Translations under genes and position numbers: made by a program
Part shown: one piece after another, positions 1-13,050 of the stretch
Numbering within the stretch: position 1 is the first letter of the stretch
Layout: each line of letters begins with the position of its first letter
The notes under the pieces: model-generated
Database searches by the model: none
What the model was told of the DNA's origin: nothing
What the model saw: only the letters and a program-made list of their open reading frames with translations
Assembly (NCBI RefSeq): GCF_009914755.1
Contig: NC_060928.1
Length of the DNA stretch: 64,000 bases
Reading direction: 5' to 3' (one strand)
Source of the DNA: the human T2T-CHM13v2.0 reference genome, Homo sapiens

Positions 1-323
<323 letters not shown>

Positions 324-885
324 TTATTATTTCTGCATTGTGTAATAATTAAGCAGAATAATACATATATTCTCTCTAATTCCTTGAATGCAGGGATTAT
401 GTCATACATATTTCTTGCACTATCACCCCCACCCGAGACCTATGGTAAAAGTTCAAGCAATACTAACTGAAGTAGATTAAATTCAAGATTTAAATGCCAA
501 TAATTATTCCTTAACATAGAGGAGAGGGATGGAAACATAAAGAGTCCACCTTACTCCAAAATAGTTGAAAAACAGCCTCATTCCAAAACAAGGGAGGTAG
601 TTTTTCTTACTTTGTGGGTCTCCCATTCTTTACTTACTCTGACTACCAGCACAGGAAAAATCTAGGTAGTCTCCAACTCAGCAAGAAGTTGCAGTCTCTT
701 TGTATGTGTAGGACATTGATTTGGAAATTATAAATAATTTCTCTTTGAAGTCATAGTATAAATAATGTTTTAAGGTCTCTGACAGGTCTCCAAAAGTTGA
801 CTGAAACTCTTAATAAAGAAGAAATAATATGTTTTCAATAAAAAGTAGAAAATAAAACTACTGACATATTTTACTTGCAAAATAA

Positions 886-1215
<330 letters not shown>

Positions 1216-2605
1216 TGATTATTTTTAATTTGAATAATCATGATTCAAGGAAAGCAGATTTAACTATAGAAAAAGGATATCTTCTAACCATTCTCTCCTG
1301 GTGGCTATCTTCCATGTTTCTCAGACATTTTTTTTTTTTTTTAATGGAATTAAGACATGACTTGAGGGCCTAAGTCTTACTCTGCCCATAGCTCTGAGTA
1401 ATTTCAGGATCCACAAGGAACCATGTTTAACACCCCAGTCACTCTTTTCACTCATCTCTTCATCTTCAGGGATCTTCTCCACTCCCTTCTAGTTCTCCCA
1501 CTTCCGCAGGCACTCCCTGGACCGCACCATCCCCTAGGACTGCTTCACCTCTAAATACTAAACTTACAGGTAGGTCCCCATTCTCTGACAACTCACCTCC
1601 TAACCTTCCAGGTCACTCACTCCATTATTCCCAAGACACCCATTCTTCAACCTATTTGGAATGTCCAGTTCACCAATCCCTTGGCTATTTCTCTACAGCC
1701 TTATTCTGTTTTACCTCTCTGAGTTAGATCCCAAGAACCAACATTTCCACTGTGCCACTGTCCTTGGATTGCACTGTCCTGCCAAACACAATCCAAGACA
1801 ACTGTCCACCTGCACTAGAAATGCTGAGAGCTTCTGGAGGTGGGAGTGGATCATACATCCAGTCTGATCTTCACCAGAACTCATGGTCACCTAACTCAAC
1901 CTCGGTATTTCCTGGCAATTCTAAATTAGATGGATGGATAGATAATAAAGGTGGAAACTTGCAGAGATGATGCAGAGAATCTCCACACCTTTTGTAATGT
2001 TTTAGAGATGGATAATTCTTAGACTAGCATTTCTAATTTTACTTCAAATCATATAGCTTTGTTTTCCTTTAAGGTAAATGTATCTGTGCTGCTCGTAAAT
2101 TCACAAGCACATGACACTTTTCTGCCTTGGTAGCTTTGTCTGTCATCACACGAGGAGGAGAAATGCCCTGGGAAGAAATAGAAAAGCTCTAAAGTAGATT
2201 GGAAAAGAAATAAGAAATCTCAAGAAAATGTATTTGTGTAGCAGGAAGAGACTGCCTGAGATGGGATATACTGTGATGTAAGTCACAAAAGAGAAAGTGG
2301 AGGTTTGCAGTGGCTTGTGTCCACTAGCCCCTGAATCCATTTCAACATGGTGTTATTGTCCTGGGGTAGCTTAGCTGTCATACATTAATTAACAAATACT
2401 TATGGAACACCTTCTACTTCTATTTGTCAGACACTGTTCTAGAAGCTTGAGAAAAAGTGAATAAAACAATGTCCCTGCTCTCACAGAGCTCACATCCTAA
2501 TAAGAAAAAAAGGTAGCAAATAAACAAAAAAAGAAAGGGGGTTTTTAGTTAACGATATACAAAAAAAGAAAAGAAAATAGGACAATGACTAAACAATGAA
2601 TGGGC

Positions 2606-3306
<701 letters not shown>

Positions 3307-4039
3307 AAAGAGGAAGGGGGGTATGTTTTAAATTGTGTGGTCAAGGAAGTCATTCCTGAGGAGGCAACATTTGAGCTGAAAACAGAATGACTTGAAAAAA
3401 AAAAAAACTATCCACATGGAAACGGAAACGTTGGCTTTCTCTCACGAATACAAGATGGCTACTACAGCTTCAAGCATCACATCCTCACCTAACAGCTTCC
3501 AAAGCAGGTCTGGGGATTTCCTTGTATCAGGAAAAAACCCCCAGCACACTTCCCTTCATGTCCCACTTGCTAGAACTAGGTTGCATACCTACCCTCCAAC
3601 CAGTCACTGGCAAAAGACACTGGGATTGGCTGGGAGTAACCAGGGTTCCTCTGCTGGGACCAGGCATGGGTATCCTCCACTGAGGATAGGCTTCCCACAC
3701 CTAAACCAGACTGGCCTGCTGTCAGCAAGGAAAAAGCGCAAAGCAGCTACCACAAAGATCACACTTGAGATTGTCATGTAGGATTTACTGAACACCTGAC
3801 CATGTTCCAGGCACTGTGCTAGTGTTAGGAATTTTAAAAAGACCCAGGCATCGCTTTTACTATCTCACTCTGTTGCTTAAAAGCACTCAGGGGGGGTAAC
3901 TCCCTCTTCCCTCCTCTTCACCATTTCAAAGCCCCTGGACTGATGGAGGTATAGTTCACTGCCACTTGCCTCCCTATAGCCCCCACTCACCTCTTCAGCT
4001 CAGAATGACTCCTCCCTCCTCGCAACTCATAAACCACAT

Positions 4040-4620
4040 TTATTCCTTTGACAAATATTCATTGAACATCTGGGCCCTGGGAATACATTTTTGCTGAAAA
4101 GACAAGGTCCCTGCCCTCATAGAGTTTCCAGTCTAGTGCCACAGAGAGATCATTAAATAGCCAACTACAAGAACGGAAAGTGTTACAAGAGGGGAAATAG
4201 GAGGATCCACTCCCATGACCCAAACATCTCCCATCACGCCCCACTAGATGTTACCAGAGCACCTCAACTTGTCCAAAGGTGCAGTGAGAGAATACATATT
4301 TGGAGAAAATGTCATTTAAGTCAAGACTGAAACGATGTATAGAATTTAGGGAAATGGGAGTAGAGGTCAGGTTGAGAAGACAAGGCTTTTCTACCTAGAA
4401 AAATGAGCATGTGCAAAGGGCCAGAGGTGGGAAGAGAGAGTTGGAAGAAAGGAACGGAAAGAAGTTCAGCGTTGCTGGAAAAGAGTAGGAAGAGAGAAGA
4501 GGAAGAAGTGTCTGTAATGACAGGCAGAGGCCAGGCCAGCAGGGGTGGAAAGCTTAGGACTTCATCCTATGGGAAGCCATTGAAGGGACTGACACGATCA
4601 GGCTTGCATTTTGGAAAGGG
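4040..4620 (-). mobile_element. degenerate L2 LINE fragment
   Basis: caaatattcattgaaca...gacaaggtccctgccctcatagagtttccagtctag...gcatgtgcaaagggccagagg are typical of reverse L2 3' sequence. Confidence 0.6.
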
Positions 4621-4826
4621 CACTCTTACTCCCGTGCTCCAATGCCTTTTTCATGCTTCAGCCCATACTACAAACAGGATGACAGGATGACCAACAAGAC
4701 ATGGTGGCAACAGGCTGGGCCAGCATAGTGGCCAGAGAGTGGGTAGTGACCAAGGAGGTCCAGGACTCAGTGAAACATGGGCTATGCCCTGCTAGCGAGA
4801 AGAAAGGCTTAGGTGCTTCTGTTGGG

Positions 4827-5131
4827 GTTTTGTTTTTTTTTTTTTTTGTTTTGGTTTTTTTTTTTTTTTTGACAGAGTCTCACTCTGTTCAGTGGTGACA
4901 TGATCTCAGCTCACTACAACCTCCACCTCTTGAATTCAAGCAATCACCCTGTCTCAGCCTCCCTACATAGCTAGGATTACAGGCGTGCGCCGCCATGCCT
5001 AATTTTTGTAATTTCCGTAGAGACGATGTTTCGCCAACTTGGCCAGACTGGTCTCGAACTCCTGGCCTCAAGTGATCCACCCAACTCGGCCTCCCAAAGT
5101 GCTGGGATTACAGGCGTGAGCGACCGCGCCC
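4827..5131 (-). mobile_element. Alu
   Basis: T-rich tail and reverse Alu body; ctgttggg repeated on both flanks. Confidence 0.93.
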
Positions 5132-7275
5132 CACCCTGTTGGGCACTTTGAAGAATGATGGTGTCCTTCACTGAGCTACCCAGCACTAGATAGATTCATT
5201 TCCGACAAGTTGCATTTGAGCAGCTTCCCACAGGGCACCGAACACAGTGTTCACTAATTAACTGTTTAAAATGGCTTTTCTTCTCCTTTGCCGCCTGCCC
5301 CTTCCATATCAAAACCACTCCCTTCTTATCTTGGGTCACACTTTTCTCCGACAGGCCTATTTCGCTCTTCCCCTTTGCGTCCACACCCACATGAACAAGG
5401 TAAAAAACATGGTTTATGTGCTTCAAGTTCTCGTCACTGTGTCCCTGGAGAAAAAAACGTACTTTTTTGAGCACCTACTATGAGCCAGTTTCACCAGCCA
5501 TTCCTAGCACGGTGTTCCGCTAATGCAAACCTTAAGGCAGCCAATCAGCCATTTAATGATGTCAGTGATCAATAAATGGCAATTAGTAATTGACACGAAT
5601 CCAACTCTTTTTTTTTCTGGAATGTCTTTTATTCATTATGAAGAAAAAAAAAACTCACACCCTTTACATTTTAAAGATGAAGCTTATGGGACAGCACGAC
5701 GTCCCATGAGCCGGCGTCGGTTCTGGGTATCCTCCACGTGGCCTTTCCTGGACTTGCGTTATTTAAAATATGCGATTTCACTACTTGAGGTTACCGAGTA
5801 CTAATTTTACAATACTGTGTAGCTACATGAAGCGGCTCGAAATATACTATTATCACTCCGTTTTAAGCAGCACGATGTCTGGATGAAGCATCAAAGCGAG
5901 ATGGGTCAACTTAAAGGGCCTTTAAAACATCTTGAAGCAATAATAAGCCATACACTGAAGCAGGGGCGGTTTTAAACATTACACAGAACTTAAAACAATC
6001 GAACGAATTCGTCCTTTGTTCTTTTTATTACATTAATTATTACATTAATACTGTTTAAAAAGAAACTCAAAAGGCATTAAACTTAGGTACCAATCTACAC
6101 AAAGTCCTCGAAGGGGCCTGGCTTGGACCGAACGCGCTTTTGTGCCGCCCCGCTCGCTCGCAGCACCCTGAAGGCCACTGAGCTTAGGGCGCTCGGTCCC
6201 TAGAAGCGACTTGAAATGAGGGGGTCGCCAGGCCAGGCCCTCGCTCTGCAGGGGAGGATCCGACCAAAGTTTGCCAAGTTTCCAGGCAAGCCCAACTGCG
6301 CAAATGCCGCTTTTTAGCTCCAGCGGCAGGCCTGGCCCGTGGGAGTTTTGCCCCAGGGGTCTCCGGGCCTTCAAAGAAAAGTCCCACGAGGTGGGGGGCG
6401 CCGCCTGGGCCGCCGGCCAGGGGGACCCGTCGCCCCAGGGCACAAAGAAAGAGCGCGCCTACAGGGTGTCCCCTGACCCCGGCGACTCGGGGCCAGGGAG
6501 GCTCGGCGCGCCCCAGCGGCCGCTCTTCCCCTCCCGAACCCGCCCGGCCCACTCGCTCCTGCACCGCGGCCGCCTCGGCTCGGCTTTTCTCTTGCAGTGA
6601 GCTGAGTGCGCTCAGCCGAGGAGGGGCCGCGCCGCGCCGCGCCGGCCGCGGGGCCCAGCCCTTCCCGCCGCGCCCGGGGCCGCCCTTCCCGCTGGAGCCG
6701 GCTGATCGATGGCCCTGGCAGCCCGCGCCCCCCGCCTCGGCTCGCCCGCGAGCCCGGCTGTGTGTTTTGGAAGCAGCGCAGCGGGCCGCAGCCGTGTGAC
6801 GCCCGGAGCGGGCAGCGCCGCCCTTCCTTCCCCCCGGGCTCGGGCGGCGGCGCGGCGGCTGGGCCGGGCGGGAGGGCTGGCGGGGCGCGGACTCCGGGGA
6901 GGAGGGCGCGGGGAGGGGACGCGGGCGGGGACGCGGGCGGGGGGCGGAGGCCGCGCCGCGCACGCCCAGCCCCACGGCCGCGCCGCGCCTCGTGGGACAG
7001 GTTGGGCCGGCGGGGCGGCGCCCGGCTCCGGGGAATAATGAGTGTCTGTCAGGCCGTCCCCGGGTGACTGGGCGGGGCGGGGCGGAGGCGGCGCGGGAGG
7101 CGGGGGTGGCGGGGGAAGGGCGCAGGGCGGGGTGCGTGTTTGCGCGAGTGACTCGGCCGACCCCTCCGGCGGCTGCCTCCACCCAAGTGGGTGGGGACCC
7201 GCCCAGCCCGGGCGGCCGCGGCGGCTCCCTCTCCCCTCCCTGACCCTCCCACCCCGGGTCCCAGCCTCTACTTAC

Positions 7276-7980
7276 CCCGCCAGCCCCGGGAGGCTCGCAG
7301 AGCGAGCGGCGCCGGCGTCATGTGACTGCCCGGAGTTGGTGCCAGGAGCCAGAGGGGAGCCAGGAGCGGAGCCGCGCGGAGCCGGGGCCCGAGCCGGAGC
7401 GCAGCGAGAGCGCCCGCCGCACGCGCGCCCGTCCCCGTCCCCTGCGGCCGCCAACGCCGCCCGGACTGGAGCCCTGACATTGCTGCGCTCGGGGGGCTCC
7501 AGGCAGCCCGTATCGGGGCCTTTATTTCTCGTCGGCGGCGCCCTGCACCGCGCCTCGCAAAGTAAGTCCCGTCTCCCTCACCTCTGCTCCGCACCCTGGT
7601 CCCTGCCGCCCCCCTCCTCGGCCAGTCTGGTTTCATTTTTTCTCCTGGAGGGGGCCGCGGGGAATGGGTCGGGGGTGCAGCGCTGGTGTTGGGGGGGGGC
7701 GCCTGCGGGCTTGGGAAAGTGTGGCGGCTACACTTAGCCGGGGTGGGGGCGGAGAGCAAGCAAGGAGGAGGGGGTCACGGGTTCGCGGTGAAAAGTGAGG
7801 GGTTGAGGCGAGGCACCGTGCGGACCCCGGGTGCGGGGGAGCGGGGCTGGCAGCGCCCGCCGCCGTCCCGGGCAGGGCGCGGGCGGGGGCTCACCTGTGT
7901 GGTCCCCGGCCTCCTCCCGCCCGCTCACGATTCCCTCCAAAGCCCCAGAAATCTCCGTGCTCTCCGCGTGTGGCAACGTT
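7276..7980 (-). ncRNA. KLF3-AS1: 5' exon region of antisense lncRNA KLF3-AS1 (FLJ13197)
   Basis: minus-strand donors GGG|GTAAGT (exon end 7276) and CAG|GTGAG (exon end 7895); the ORF from the ATG at 7636 (MKPDWPRRGAAG...) matches my recollection of the putative FLJ13197 product; TSS approximate and downstream exons not located in this window. Confidence 0.65.
7297..7561 (+). other. KLF3: KLF3 exon 1 (non-coding 5'UTR)
   Basis: ends at strong donor AAA|GTAAGT (GT 7562-7563) inside the CpG island; start position is an estimate. Confidence 0.75.
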
Positions 7981-10900
7981 GTTTGGAGAAAGGTAGCGCC
8001 GCGGCCGCGCGCTCCTGCTCCTCCCCCTCCCGGTGCCCCCCCACCACCACCACAACCCAGGCTCCCGCGTCCTTCCCCTCCCCTCCCTCCGCCCGCGCCC
8101 CCCGCCGCCCCCCTCCCAGGACACGGCGCGCGGCCGCTCGCCCGCCACAGCAAACTTGGAGCAGTCTCCCGGCCCTCTGGAAAGAAACTTAGGGCAATTG
8201 GGATTGGAGGCAGCATCCCATTCTCGGTTCTGGAGCCCAGGAGCTGCCAGGGCGTCTGGATCCTCCGGGGCAGGAGAAATGAGCTGGTCGGGTTTGGAGA
8301 GTCTTCCTGGGGGCATGGAGAGAACCTGCCGCAGTGCCTGGAGCAAGGATTGCAGCGTGGCTGAAGGCGGAAGACGCCTTAGGCAACTGCCTGCAGCCGA
8401 GCCTGATGGGGACCCAGGGACAGATCCCTGGATCAGGACCCATGGGACCTACCTAACATTTCCAAGTGGCTTTCTTAGAGATGGCAGATGAGATCTGGAA
8501 TTGTCATATTCATTTTTTTGGGCAGATAGCTACTGACAAGGAGAAGCACTTTTCTGGTTTAAATTTTATAGCAGTATACAATAATACTAGAAGAATGTGA
8601 ATGAGACTTATTTTTAATAAGTCAAGTTAAACGGAAATTGGAAATTGCTCACCTTCTTGTATTTCACTAAAATAAACATTTTACACTTAACCACTGAATT
8701 TCTTACTCAGAATTTATGTTTCCATTAATATCACCCAAGACATTTTAAATATATTGATTATATTCTCACAAGAGTCTGGTATATGGGAAAAAGTATGAAG
8801 TGGTATTCTGACAAGTACCTGAAATGTGCCAGCAAAATCAAGTGGGGAATAGGCCAGTTGTTCATTATAGGTTTTTCCACACAGCAGTTTTGTGCTATCC
8901 TTTTCTGTACGAATTTGAGGAGCATTTTTATAAGAGAAATTCATCTGGATGATCTGCCTCACCCTAGGGAAGAAGACTTGCTTTTAGGGGAAAAAACAAT
9001 CTGCTAGCATTAATATCTACAAATTTTTTGGAGTTAGTAATAGTGTTTAAGGAAAGTGTCCACGAGTGATTTCTTCTGGTTTGAAAAGAGGTATGTTAGT
9101 TGACCTTAGGCTGTTAATAGAAACCTGAAATTAGATGTTCGATTAAATTAAACTCCCTAGAGAAACTGGTATCTTCATTTCTGCAGTCAGTGGGCTTTGC
9201 TGCAGAACTATTTATTAGAAGAAAAAAACCTAATGTACTATCGGTAAGTTCAATGATGATACATTGTAAAGAACATTTAGCTTGCATGAAAGGGAATGCA
9301 AGTACAAAAATCTCAACATGGGAATAACAAAGAAAAGTAACTGCTTAGACCACAAAACCTTGTCAGGTACAAAACGACAACAGAGTTTTGCAGAAAGCTA
9401 TTGTTTTATTCACTGCAAAGTTTCTAAATTAAAACCCAATCTTCTTGTTGCTATGGGCACAGTGATGCTCTTTTTTTCCTTTTTTTTTCTTTTTTTTTTT
9501 CCTTACCTGTACTTAGTCTGCACACACCACATTCTTAAATCTCTGATAACGTAAGCTTGAGTTAAACAGTCCTGGCTAACAAAGTAAAGAGAAATAATGG
9601 GAAAGGAACTGTGAATGGATTTTACTATCTTAAAAATAACCCAAAGGGAAAATAGACATTTTAGAATGACTTCTAGAAATTAGTACTCTGGTGTACAGAT
9701 TGCATAATAATTTTTAGATAAATGTCAGGAACAGAATCACATTCTTAAAAGGCGAATTTCTATAAACGTGTGTATATGTTGAACAGATGAGCAGCTCTGC
9801 AAAGATGTGTATAACTGCATTTGAAAAAGACAGTGAAAATTTTGGGTTACTGTAGATGTCCCACAGTCTGTCTTGGAATTTAGTTCTGTGACTAAAGGAG
9901 GCTTACAGTTGCTCCAATTTTGGTTCTGTGGGGTACCCCAATTGTAATCTGAATTCCTAACAGCAGTGCTCTATCTTTTTTCCTCTTGATGCACTGAGGC
10001 TGAACCATAATCATTACCCTAACTCGGAATTTGATCTGAGCTAGGGACTAGCCATTGGAATGGGGCAGAAAGGGACAAAAGAAATCAGGAGGGAGGCTAG
10101 TGTTCATTAGGAAGGTCTCTGCTGCTTGAATATGATAAAATCACATTTCACTTATGATGTTTACTGTATGTGGCAGCTCTTATTTGTAAATAGGGCAGGT
10201 CCCCTGTATAAAGCTGGTGTTATTATTCACACCCGTAGAACAAACACCTCCACCCCCCTGTTGTTGTCTTAAAAAACTCCAGCTGCTCATGAATATAGGG
10301 TCAGGGAGGGCCGGCTAAATGTTTCTCTGTGCTTTCTCTCCAGCACAGCCAGCAGAGCTGTTTCCTGTTCTTTGTTTCAAGGCTGGGGTTTGCGTCATAC
10401 ATTCCAAGTGGCATATGTGTGCTCTTTCCTGTTTCAGGCTGTTTTCTGGTAGATCAGTAGCCCAGACCAGGCTGAGGTCCCTGCCCCTAAACTCCGTATC
10501 CCCACCCATGGAGTTATCATGTCTCTACACACTTGATATTGCTTAAGACGCCTGTGTTATGTCATAATGAGAAGTCAGTTAACCTTTTTACGTACACCCT
10601 TTGCTCCACTGCATTTGTCTGGGTGAATAAATGCTTTTACCTTTTTAAATTTTTTATTGCTAGATTGTGATTTGGGGAAACGTGGGTCCATCCTGGCAAA
10701 GAAACCTAAAGGAGTTTTGTTTGTATTTGTTTGTAATTCTTGTGTTGAAGTGGTTAGGGCGTTTGTTTTAAGATAGGCATTTTGCCCTGAAGCTGTCAAT
10801 TTTGGATCAGGATTAACACCTTACAGTTTAGAAGACCTAGCATTATCTGAAAGATGTGGCCCACCCTCGTTCACGTTTAACCCAGGCTGCTCCAGGTGGC

Positions 10901-12711
10901 TTCCGTGGATGGAGAATTTAAGCAATGTTGGCAGCCTGGCTTTAGTTTAAGTCTTGCTTATGTTTGGAAGGAGAAATCTTTAGAAAAATCATTGAAGCAA
11001 AGCCTAAGACATTGAGAAAATCCCGGGATTATTTCTTTTTAAGGACAAAGATTTAAATATCAGGATAATGTTTTAAGGACAAAGATTTCACTGTGCAATA
11101 TTCTACACCTCATTTCCAACCCGTTTTTAAGAATTAAAAAGCTCAAAGGAGAACTGGCATTAACAAATTCATTTAATGCTAGATTGTTTGGAAAATTTTA
11201 ATCTTCTATTTTGAAAACAAGAAGAATGCTCTTCTCATTTTTGTTTTACAATAATATTTTTCATTTTTTAAAAATATTCTATCAGTTGTGGGTTAATGAA
11301 TTTCTAGGATAACTATTTAAGACCTGCCTTAATATTAGTTTTCTGTTGGTTCTTGAGAAACTAAGATTTAAGGAAATATTTGCTTGAAAAAGAAAAGTTT
11401 TGGAAAGTGCTTTTGTAAACTTACTTGGGGATTTTTTTTTTTTAATCAAAAGGAATCATCTACAGCATCTCTGTGGAATTAATTTAAAGAGTTGCTGAAG
11501 CAGCAAATCAGGCTCTCTTCTCCCCAAAATTGATGATAATGGTGCGTTTTAAATGTCACATTCCACCACATTCTTTATGTATAAATGGAAAATATAAAAT
11601 ATGATATTAAGAGAGTTATTAGTATCAAATAGTTGGCTACTGATAACCTTCTATGAAAAAAGCTGGGAGTTTTAGAAGTCCCAATAACTTCTTTCTCCTT
11701 TGGGAAAAGCAGCTGGAAATACTTAGCTGACCTGTAGGACAAGAGACTTTTAAGCTTAAAATTCATAAGTAACTCCAATCGAAGCAGGTTTTTTTGTTTG
11801 TTTTGGTTCCAAAGTTGTTAACAATCTAACTAGGTTTGGTAAACAGAGTCTTTATTTGGCTTTCCCCAAATTCTTTCTTCTCTCTTTTGCAGGGAGATGA
11901 AGTGGTTAATAGAGATAATTAGGGTCTAATATATTCTATCAGAAAAAAATTCTGCAAGCTTCTAAATGCTAAGCTGAATAGTTGGGGAAAATTATCCTAT
12001 CTTATAGTTGCTATGATTACCAGAAAGATGGGAACAAGAGTTTTAATTTCTTAACCATATAAATCATGATTCCTAATTTAATTTCATTGTGTCTCCATCG
12101 CCCCTTGAGATACTTGCCTTCTTAATATTTTCAAATCAACATTTTTGCTATAAAACGACAGATTTCTTAGGCAGCATTTCTTGTTCTCTGTTTTCACACC
12201 CAGTTGAGTTTAAGAAAAATAAAATACACACAACCTCATTCTTTAAGGTACTAGGAATTACAATTACATTATTCTGGAACTTGGATTCTTTCTGAAGTGC
12301 ATCATTTATCATTGGTTCTAGCTTTTTAAAAAAGCAAATCCCTAGAATCTTAAAACAATTGATATCTAGTTTGCTAGTATGTGATATTCTAGTCAGAATT
12401 CCTCTTGGGAGTGAGTTGGAAGAGGGTTATGGTGGTCGCTAGCATTCTCATTTTCAAGACCACTCTGTTCCTTTCTTAGACCATGTTTCTCATCTTAAGC
12501 AGTCATGCCCGAGCTGGAGACAGGAAACCAGACAGCAGTCTGCCCTGATAAGGGACAGCATTGTCTGAAGGCGGGGAATAGCCCTGCTTTTACCCCCAAC
12601 TCAGCTCTCTTTGCTTGAAATTTAGTAGTCATAGAAGAGGCACAATGCTGTTGACAGTTTCTGAACCAAAACTAGGATTCATTTCTTCCAAAGCAAAAAA
12701 ATAGTGTCCTC

Positions 12712-13050
<339 letters not shown>

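Larger units (their letters stand above)
6130..8170. promoter_or_regulatory. CpG island / bidirectional promoter of KLF3 and an antisense transcript
   Basis: very high GC and CpG density, many GGGGCGG GC boxes (e.g. 7070-7090) and CACCC boxes, no TATA; surrounds the first + strand donor and two - strand donors. Confidence 0.95.

Noticed and set aside
7478-7561. Open frame running from exon 1 into the KLF3 ATG (possible N-terminal extension)
   Set aside because: In-frame TGA at 7475-7477, and no AUG, CUG, GUG or ACG in frame between it and the main start.
6045-8491. Many long overlapping ORFs (up to 332 aa) on both strands
   Set aside because: Expected in a very GC-rich island with few stop codons; low-complexity R/G/A/P content and no domains. 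Only the 7636 ORF is mentioned, as part of the antisense transcript.
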